Shown here piece after piece: positions 28,183-34,967 of a stretch of DNA of 64,000 bases. A program made the translations under genes and the position numbers. The first letter of the stretch is position 1. Every line of letters starts with the position of its first letter. Below the pieces are notes generated by a model, which did not search any database, was not told the origin of the DNA, and worked only from the letters and a program-made list of their open reading frames with translations. Origin of the DNA: Bacteroidota bacterium (lineage in GTDB: Bacteria; Bacteroidota; Bacteroidia; JABEUT01); contig JABDGY010000001.1 of NCBI GenBank assembly GCA_013285805.1, forward strand, positions 3,212-67,211, given 5' to 3'.

Positions 28183-28251
28183 AGATGGGGCGCTAAAGGC
28201 TCAAAAATACATTTTACAGGTTTATAGTCGGGTAATTCCCTGAAGCTCCAT

Positions 28252-28280
28252 TAAAAAAGGCACCTTTTTAAAAGTGCCTT
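28252..28280 (-). terminator. rho-independent terminator after 28323..28736
   Basis: The minus strand reads AAGGCAC-TTTTAAAAAG-GTGCCTT followed by TTTTTAA. Confidence 0.6.
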
Positions 28281-28322
28281 CTTAAGCGTTAAGCTTGAAT
28301 TGAGCTTATATTCAATTGCATT

Positions 28323-28736
28323 TTACCTGCCGCCGCCATGCTGTCCTTTTTCTGCTTCCTGCATCCTCTGATACTCAGCATATTGGTCAGCGTTAAGGAT
28401 ACCCTTTATTTTTGCATCCCTGTCTTCACGTAACGATTTCATTTTGGTTCTCATGGCATCTCTGTCGCCATTGCTGCTGGTCCTGGCATCCTGCATTGCC
28501 TTGGCCGATTCCTGTTCAACAGCTAATATTTTGCTTTCCTGGTCGGGTGTAACACCTGAAACACTCTTTTTTATTTTGTCTGTCTGGCTTTGGGCCATTT
28601 GCTGAGGGTCCATGTGTGCCCTTTCCTGTGCTGTAAGATTGAAAGTAATAAAAGCCAATCCGGCTATTGCTAAACTTTTTAGGGTTTTCATATTCGACAT
28701 GTTTATTGGTTTATGGGTAATTAGACGATTTCCCAT
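28323..28736 (-). CDS. periplasmic helical protein (Spy/CpxP- or DUF4890-like); the real start is probably 28700 or 28691
   Basis: An internal MSNMKTLKSLAIAGLAFITFNLTAQ is a good signal peptide. The mature part is charged and helical (Q/E/K/D/R/M-rich). Confidence 0.5.
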   Translation of the reverse strand: MGNRLITHKPINMSNMKTLKSLAIAGLAFITFNLTAQERAHMDPQQMAQSQTDKIKKSVSGVTPDQESKILAVEQESAKAMQDARTSSNGDRDAMRTKMKSLREDRDAKIKGILNADQYAEYQRMQEAEKGQHGGGR

Positions 28737-28892
28737 TTAATTATTTACGCCCGCAGTATCCAATATCTGTATGTACCTGATTATAAAGATATATTAAATA
28801 CCATTATTTTTCCGGGTAAGGCAATTCTTCATGAACCCTTCATATTCAGGTTGTATGTTTGTATCATAAAATAACAATAAACCCAAAACGTC

Positions 28893-29117
28893 ATGAAACT
28901 CACAAATGTAATAGCTACCGGTGCAATCCTTGTAGCAATCGCTTTCTCGCCTGTTTTAGCAAACGCGCAATCTGCTGCTCAAAAGAAGACAGAAGACAAC
29001 AAAGCTAAAAACAAAGCTAAAGAATCAAGGGCTGAAAAGAACGGTCACCCTAAGGCTGCTGTAAAGGATGAAAAGAAAGTACAGAAAGACAACAAGAAAA
29101 TTAAAGAAGGTAAATAA
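28893..29117 (+). CDS. small secreted lysine-rich protein (74 aa)
   Basis: Signal peptide MKLTNVIATGAILVAIAFSPVLANAQ followed by a K/E/A-rich low-complexity tail. Confidence 0.5.
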   Translation: MKLTNVIATGAILVAIAFSPVLANAQSAAQKKTEDNKAKNKAKESRAEKNGHPKAAVKDEKKVQKDNKKIKEGK

Positions 29118-29139
29118 GCCCTATTTATTTCTTGAAAAG

Positions 29140-29170
29140 AAAAGCCCCCCGAGTACTCGGGGGGCTTTTT
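29140..29170. terminator. bidirectional rho-independent terminator, near-identical to the one at 26191
   Basis: AAAAGCCCCCCGAGTACTCGGGGGGCTTTTT lies between convergent genes. Confidence 0.8.
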
Positions 29171-29182
29171 GATTAATACAAT

Positions 29183-29470
29183 CTAGCGGGAACTGGGATT
29201 TTGCCTAAAAAGCGACTTCGGAACATTTAAGTAATATTCTATAACTCCCGTTTCATAAATCATAATTACCGATTTCAGGCTTGAATGTGTTTGATGCTGT
29301 AGCCACATCCGAAAACGAACAATAAAATTTAAATCTACCCAAGTAAATCTACCAACGTGCTTTTCATATTGTTCTTTACCATAAAGAACAGTACCGTCAG
29401 TTAACTTATGTTTAATATCAACTGTCCTCATATTCCAAGGTAAATCATAATACTCTACAAAATTATCCAT
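29183..29470 (-). CDS. hypothetical protein (95 aa), AT-rich islet
   Basis: It is the only ORF of this size in the segment, and no motif was recognised. It sits at the left edge of the low-GC segment. Confidence 0.4.
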   Translation of the reverse strand: MDNFVEYYDLPWNMRTVDIKHKLTDGTVLYGKEQYEKHVGRFTWVDLNFIVRFRMWLQHQTHSSLKSVIMIYETGVIEYYLNVPKSLFRQNPSSR

Positions 29471-29830
29471 AGCGTTATTTTTTTGTGTGTTAATATTACT
29501 CGAATTTAAGTATAATATCAGGAATTTTAAACATCTAATAAGAATGCGTTTTTAACTAAGTTACTAACAATAAAATACACATAAATATTAAAAATATAAA
29601 GTTGGTGCAATGTTTATATTCTTACAATATGTATCTACTCGCAAAACAAGAACTTCATGGCTATAAGAGCGTTTATTCGGTATATTTGATGGAACTTAAA
29701 GGCACGTGAACTGAAAAATTACTTGTAATGACAACCGAAACTCCATTAGTCAATCCAAAAAACAAATTGGGTTTCTTTAATACTTTCTAATTTATTTGGA
29801 ATAATTACTTGGCTTTATATACTAACAAAG

Positions 29831-30949
29831 ATGTTTGTCTATGACATAGACATATATCTGATGAATCATTATTTCCCAAACTATGAATGGGTTATTAAGT
29901 ATAAATTATTTATCTTCATAGGAATCACAATAATAATCTGGGCGTTTACTAAAAACATTAAAGTGGTCAGATGGTTTTTATACCTACTATTCTATCCTTT
30001 TATTCTTTTCTTTTGGACAGTCCCTTTTTTAGTTTTTAAATCAAAAAGTTGGACTGTAGCTCTTGCCGTCCTAAACTCAGGCTTAGTATTTTATAAGTCA
30101 TTTAAATACAACTTCTTCGTGATTGGGATAACATTAATTTCATTCTGCTTATTGTTTCATTTTAAGAATGTATACGTTTTATACTCTGTAATTGGAGTGT
30201 TATTAATCATCTTAACAATAACTTATTTGGGCCGACTATATAGTGTATTTAAACCATCGCATATATATAGCATGTATTTAAAACTCGTTAATTTCCTTAT
30301 AAAAAACAGCCAAAAGATGACTGCTATGGATGAAGAAATTAGAAACCTCCCCGTTGCGAGCATGAACCCTACTCAATTACAAAGGTGGACTGAAAAATTA
30401 CAGAATATCGTTTTAATTAATAGGGGATGCTATTTTGTGGCATCAAAATTACGCGAATATCAAAAAAGCAATTTAAATATTCTAATATATATATTTCATC
30501 TTATTGTATTATTATTGGTAACAATCATTTTTTTTGCTGCAATTAATTTTGCTGTTTTCCAGATTAACCCAGATGCTTTTACTCATTCCAATATTCCAAG
30601 TTTTTTCACATTCATTTATTATAGTTTCAATAAAATATACTTTAGTTCAATAAATGAAATTACTCCTGCCAGCTCTCTCTCCGAGGCAGTTTCTATGATT
30701 GAGATACTATTTTCATTTTTCTTAGTGTCAATTTTTTTAACCTTAATGTTTAATGTAAAAAGCAAGAAGCAAACTGAAGAATTGGATTCTATAAGTGGAA
30801 AATTGAATGAATATGGTAAACAACTCGATAATACTGTCCAAAAAGATTTTGGCTTATCAGTCATCGAGGCTATCCAAGAACTTGAACGTGTGAAATCCGC
30901 AATGTTGTGGCTTATTTATTTCTTCTCTAAAAATCTAAATAAGGATTAA
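29831..30949 (+). CDS. multi-TM membrane protein with a C-terminal TM / pore-helix-like / TM module (degenerate Ion_trans_2-like)
   Basis: There are about 4 N-terminal TM helices, a soluble linker, then LIVLLLVTIIFFAAINFAVF - SFFTFIYYSFNKIYFSSINEITP - AVSMIEILFSFFLVSIFLTLMF. A coiled, charged tail follows. The codon composition is very AT-rich. Confidence 0.6.
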   Translation: MFVYDIDIYLMNHYFPNYEWVIKYKLFIFIGITIIIWAFTKNIKVVRWFLYLLFYPFILFFWTVPFLVFKSKSWTVALAVLNSGLVFYKSFKYNFFVIGITLISFCLLFHFKNVYVLYSVIGVLLIILTITYLGRLYSVFKPSHIYSMYLKLVNFLIKNSQKMTAMDEEIRNLPVASMNPTQLQRWTEKLQNIVLINRGCYFVASKLREYQKSNLNILIYIFHLIVLLLVTIIFFAAINFAVFQINPDAFTHSNIPSFFTFIYYSFNKIYFSSINEITPASSLSEAVSMIEILFSFFLVSIFLTLMFNVKSKKQTEELDSISGKLNEYGKQLDNTVQKDFGLSVIEAIQELERVKSAMLWLIYFFSKNLNKD

Positions 30950-31020
30950 TACATATCCTTCAAAGAAAACATAACCATTTTTGGCCTGTTAATAACCTCT
31001 CCCCTTTTCCGGCCAAAAAA

Positions 31021-31051
31021 GGTTACTTGTGTAGTAACTTTGTAAGTAACC
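31021..31051. promoter_or_regulatory. triple GTTACT/AGTAAC repeat (operator-like) upstream of the 171-aa gene
   Basis: GGTTACTTG-TG-TAGTAACTTTG-TAAGTAACC. The outer arms GGTTACTT/AAGTAACC are an 8-bp inverted repeat. It lies 51 nt upstream of the ATG at 31102. Confidence 0.3.
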
Positions 31052-31101
31052 ACTATCGCCAAGGGCAATTCTGCCTAGGCGAAGTATAAACTATATATAA
31101 T

Positions 31102-31617
31102 ATGAGTACACAAAAAGAGATTGCCCTGCGCATTAACGAGGTGAAATTACGCCTTGAGCATGGGCCAGGAAATGTAGATGAACTGGTAACTGAATTCTCG
31201 GCCAAATGGGAAATAAGCCCCCGCACGGTAGAGCGTTATGTGGCATACGCCAAAGACACTATACGCGACGAGTTGAAAATGGGAGATAGTATTCTTGAGG
31301 AAGCACGCAATGAGCTAATTACGGAAGAGATGCGTAATTCTATATTGAGCACTATAGAGCTCGATGCCCGGTTATGCGCCATAATAGAAGGCAAACTAAT
31401 AGCCGAGAAGATTGTCCGCAATAAAGATGGCAACCCTACGCGCATAAGCTGCCTCCCTAGCCACCGCGATATTATTTATGCCATTGATAAGCTATACCGC
31501 AGGCGTGGCAGCTACAGAAAACCGGGAGAAAAAGATTTAGCCACACCCATCTTTAATATTGTTGTGCACAACGAAGAAGAAGCCAATGTGTTATATAAAA
31601 TCAAAAACCAGCCATAA
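31102..31617 (+). CDS. hypothetical protein with a putative N-terminal HTH
   Basis: The segment ELVTEFSAKWEISPRTVERYVAYAKD looks like a helix-turn-helix. The rest is unrecognised. Confidence 0.45.
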   Translation: MSTQKEIALRINEVKLRLEHGPGNVDELVTEFSAKWEISPRTVERYVAYAKDTIRDELKMGDSILEEARNELITEEMRNSILSTIELDARLCAIIEGKLIAEKIVRNKDGNPTRISCLPSHRDIIYAIDKLYRRRGSYRKPGEKDLATPIFNIVVHNEEEANVLYKIKNQP

Positions 31618-31636
31618 GGTAAAATCAATTTTCAAA

Positions 31637-31660
31637 ACCGACAAAAAAATGTCGGTTTTT
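31637..31660 (+). terminator. rho-independent terminator
   Basis: ACCGACA-AAAAAA-TGTCGGT followed by TTTTTG, 20 nt after the stop codon. Confidence 0.65.
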
Positions 31661-31864
31661 GCACAAACCACTGAAAATGAGCCATGTAAAAATGTCGGAA
31701 AAAGTGAAGAAAAGCAAAAAAATGTTGGTTTTTGCGTTAGCAATTGCGCCTACCCCCCTCCCCCTAAAGGGGGTGTGGGCAATCAAAGCCCCTTTAGGGG
31801 TTTGGGGCAAAAACGACTAAACCCTCATTTTCATTATCTTCGCTGACCGATTTAAAGGAACGCT

Positions 31865-33169
31865 ATGAATATTAGTATAGTAGGAACAGGGTACGTAGGG
31901 TTGGTAACCGGCACATGCTTTGCCGAAACAGGTAACCACGTGCTGTGTGTAGATATAGACGAGAACAAAGTTAACAGCATGCGCATGGGTAAAATGCCTA
32001 TTTACGAACCCGACCTTGATGTGCTGTTTGAACGCAACCTGAAAGCAGGCCGGCTTAAGTTTACCACCCAACTGAAAGAAGCGGTAGATAAAACCGACAT
32101 TATTTTCCTGGCCCTGCCTACTCCGCCCAATGAAGATGGCTCTGCCGACTTGTCTTATATATTAAAAGTAGCCGACGATTTGGGTAAGATGCTTACCGGC
32201 TATAAGGTAATTGTAGATAAAAGCACTGTGCCTGTAGGTACAGCCGAAAAGGTGCGCGAGGCCATTGCAAAGAATTGCAAATGCGATTTTGATGTGGTAT
32301 CGAACCCTGAGTTTTTACGCGAAGGCTTTGCAGTAGATGACTTTATGAAACCCGACAGGGTGGTTATAGGCGTATCGGGCGACAGGGCACGCAAGCAAAT
32401 GGAAGAACTCTATAAACCTTTTGTGCGCCAGGGTAACCCGGTTTACTTTATGGACCTTCGCTCGGCCGAGCTTACCAAGTATGCTGCCAATTCATTCCTG
32501 GCTACCAAAATATCGTTCATGAATGAAATGGCCAACCTCTGCGAAAAGGTGGGTGCCGATGTTGATATGGTACGCATGGGTATTGGTTCCGACCCACGCA
32601 TTGGCAAGCGGTTCCTCTTCCCCGGCATTGGGTATGGCGGAAGCTGTTTCCCAAAAGACGTAAAGGCATTGGTGCAATCGGCTAATGAAAATGAATACGA
32701 CTTTAAGATATTGAAGTCGGTAATGCAGGTAAACGAAATACAAAAGCATATACTTATTCCCCGTGTTAAAAAGCATTTTGGCAAATTAGCCGGACTTAAA
32801 ATAGCCATGTGGGGCCTTGCTTTTAAACCCGATACCGATGATATACGCGAGGCATCTTCACTGGTTATGATAGATGAATTGCTGAAAGAAAAAGCAACCG
32901 TTACTGCCTTTGACCCTGCAGCTTCGGAAAATGTTAAAAAACTGATTGGCGATAAAATCACCTACGCCGCTGATGAATACGCAGCGCTTGACGGAGCCGA
33001 TGCGCTTATTATAGCAACTGAGTGGAGCCTTTTCCGCACACCCGATTTTGCAGAAATGAAAAAACGCCTGAAAACCCCAGTGATATTCGACGGCCGTAAC
33101 CTTTACACAGCTGACCAGGTGGCAGAACATGAAATGATATATTATAGTATTGGCAGAAGCAAGAGATAA
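31865..33169 (+). CDS. ugd: UDP-glucose 6-dehydrogenase
   Basis: 434 aa. It has the N-terminal Rossmann motif IVGTGYVGLVTGTCFAE and the catalytic GYGGSCFPKD. Confidence 0.9.
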   Translation: MNISIVGTGYVGLVTGTCFAETGNHVLCVDIDENKVNSMRMGKMPIYEPDLDVLFERNLKAGRLKFTTQLKEAVDKTDIIFLALPTPPNEDGSADLSYILKVADDLGKMLTGYKVIVDKSTVPVGTAEKVREAIAKNCKCDFDVVSNPEFLREGFAVDDFMKPDRVVIGVSGDRARKQMEELYKPFVRQGNPVYFMDLRSAELTKYAANSFLATKISFMNEMANLCEKVGADVDMVRMGIGSDPRIGKRFLFPGIGYGGSCFPKDVKALVQSANENEYDFKILKSVMQVNEIQKHILIPRVKKHFGKLAGLKIAMWGLAFKPDTDDIREASSLVMIDELLKEKATVTAFDPAASENVKKLIGDKITYAADEYAALDGADALIIATEWSLFRTPDFAEMKKRLKTPVIFDGRNLYTADQVAEHEMIYYSIGRSKR

Positions 33170-33170
33170 A

Positions 33171-33240
33171 AGTCCGTAAAGCGGAAAGTTCGTAAAGTTC
33201 TTTCTACTTTATAAACTTTATGAACTTTATAAACTTATAA
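33171..33240. repeat. short word cluster GTYCGTAAAG / ACTTTATRAAC
   Basis: GTCCGTAAAG, GTTCGTAAAG, then ACTTTATAAACTTTATGAACTTTATAAACTTATAA. The halves are imperfect inverted copies. Confidence 0.5.
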
Positions 33241-33247
33241 CTGAAAG

Positions 33248-34216
33248 ATGAAAAGGGTATTAATTACAGGAGCAGCAGGATTTTTAGGTTCGCACTTGTG
33301 CGACCGCTTTATAAAAGAAGGTTATCACGTTATTGGTATGGATAACCTTATTACCGGCGACCTGCGCAATATTCAGCACCTTTTTAAACTGGAACATTTT
33401 GAGTTTTATCATCATGATGTTTCAAAGTTTGTATTTGTACCGGGCGAATTGCACTATATTCTTCACTTCGCTTCCCCTGCCAGCCCTATAGATTATTTAA
33501 AGATACCCATACAAACCCTGAAAGTAGGCTCGCTTGGCACGCACAACTTATTGGGACTTGCCAAAGCTAAAAACGCAAGGATACTTGTAGCATCAACATC
33601 AGAGGTGTATGGAGACCCTCTTGTTCACCCGCAAACAGAAGAATACTGGGGTAATGTAAACCCTGTAGGCCCTCGCGGCGTTTACGATGAGGCCAAACGC
33701 TTCCAGGAAGCTATGACCATGGCTTATCATACTTTCCATAAACTTGAGACACGCATAGTACGAATATTTAATACCTATGGCCCGCGAATGAGGCTTAACG
33801 ATGGACGTGTGTTGCCTACATTCATAGGCCAGGCCATGCGCAACGAGCCCCTTACCGCTTTCGGCGATGGCAGCCAGACACGTTCGTTCTGCTATGTATC
33901 TGATTTAGTGGAGGGCATTTACAGGTTATTGCTCAGCGATTATTCAAACCCTGTAAACATTGGTAATCCCAGCGAAATAACAATGAATGAATTTGCCGAA
34001 GAGATTTTAAAACTTACCGGCAGCAACCAGAAGATAATACATACTCCTTTGCCTAAGGACGACCCTAAGCAGCGCCAGCCCGATATTACACTGGCTAAAA
34101 AGTTGTTGGGATGGGAGCCTAAGGTTAACCGTGCAGAAGGTTTGAAAATTACGCTGGAGTACTTTAAATCCCTGAGCCCTGAAGAGTTGCTGAAATCTGC
34201 TCCAAGGTTTGCATAA
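33248..34216 (+). CDS. uxs: UDP-glucuronate decarboxylase (UDP-xylose synthase), SDR family
   Basis: It has [12 protein letters not shown], the STSEVYGDP...YDEAKR catalytic triad context, and the family-typical PKQRQPDI. Confidence 0.88.
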   Translation: MKRVLITGAAGFLGSHLCDRFIKEGYHVIGMDNLITGDLRNIQHLFKLEHFEFYHHDVSKFVFVPGELHYILHFASPASPIDYLKIPIQTLKVGSLGTHNLLGLAKAKNARILVASTSEVYGDPLVHPQTEEYWGNVNPVGPRGVYDEAKRFQEAMTMAYHTFHKLETRIVRIFNTYGPRMRLNDGRVLPTFIGQAMRNEPLTAFGDGSQTRSFCYVSDLVEGIYRLLLSDYSNPVNIGNPSEITMNEFAEEILKLTGSNQKIIHTPLPKDDPKQRQPDITLAKKLLGWEPKVNRAEGLKITLEYFKSLSPEELLKSAPRFA

Positions 34217-34221
34217 CTACA

Positions 34222-34899
34222 ATGCCCACTACCAGCGAACTCATTAATTACCTTTCAGGTTTTGTAACCGACGAACGCAAAAAGCGCTTTGAAGAAGTAA
34301 TGCAAAACCGTACACGCTATGTTACTATTGGCCTTGAGGATATTTACCAACCGCACAATGCCAGCGCAGTGCTCCGTTCCTGCGACTGCTTTGGCATACA
34401 GGATGTGCACATTATTGAGAATGAAAACAAGTACACCATAAACCCAGATGTAGCGCTGGGTTCATACAAATGGCTTACGCTGAACCGCTATAATAAACAA
34501 GGCAACAACAATACCGTTAGCTGCATAAATACACTTAAAGAAAAAGGTTATGCTATTGCAGTAACTTCTCCGCACAAGGATAGTTACACTATTGAAAATG
34601 TGCCTTTAAATAAAAAGCTGGCTCTCTTTTTCGGTACCGAAATGCAGGGTATGTCGGATGAATTGGAAAAGAACGCTGAATTGTTTGTGAAAATACCTAT
34701 GATGGGTTTTACTGAGAGCTTTAACATATCGGTAGCTGCCGCATTGAGTATGTATACACTCAGCAACCGTTTAAGGAAGGAGAATATACAATGGCAGATA
34801 AACGAAGAAGAAAAAGAAGAGATATTATTACAATGGTACCGCAACACCATACCCAAAGCGGAAATAATGGAAAAGGATTTTTTGCTGAAACATAAATAA
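34222..34899 (+). CDS. trmH: SpoU/TrmH-family tRNA/rRNA 2'-O-methyltransferase
   Basis: SPOUT motifs are present: NASAVLRSCDCFG, LFFGTEMQGMS and IPMMGFTESFNISVAAA. Confidence 0.75.
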   Translation: MPTTSELINYLSGFVTDERKKRFEEVMQNRTRYVTIGLEDIYQPHNASAVLRSCDCFGIQDVHIIENENKYTINPDVALGSYKWLTLNRYNKQGNNNTVSCINTLKEKGYAIAVTSPHKDSYTIENVPLNKKLALFFGTEMQGMSDELEKNAELFVKIPMMGFTESFNISVAAALSMYTLSNRLRKENIQWQINEEEKEEILLQWYRNTIPKAEIMEKDFLLKHK

Positions 34900-34967
34900 T
34901 GTTACAGTAACCTATTCCGCAACTATATTCCAACAGATTATATATTTTTGGATATCATTGAACCCTG

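Noticed and set aside
29629-29790. Small plus-strand ORFs in the AT-rich gap: MYLLAKQELHGYKSVYSVYLMELKGT, an in-frame TGA, then ...MTTETPLVNPKNKLGFFNTF. They were considered as a recoded or pseudogenised N-terminal extension of the 372-aa gene.
   Set aside because: They are in a different frame from the 29831 ATG. They are short, and at this AT content they are compatible with chance.
31559-31846. 95-aa (+) and 61-aa (-) ORFs covering 31559..31846.
   Set aside because: They read through a terminator and the GC-rich palindromic elements (…PPPKGGVGNQSPFRGLGQK). This is a repeat-derived artefact, not coding sequence.
29173-31864. Calling the AT-rich islet a defined mobile element (prophage, ICE or IS).
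   Set aside because: I could find no integrase, transposase, terminal inverted repeats, flanking direct repeats or tRNA target. Only the compositional anomaly and the orphan genes are supported.
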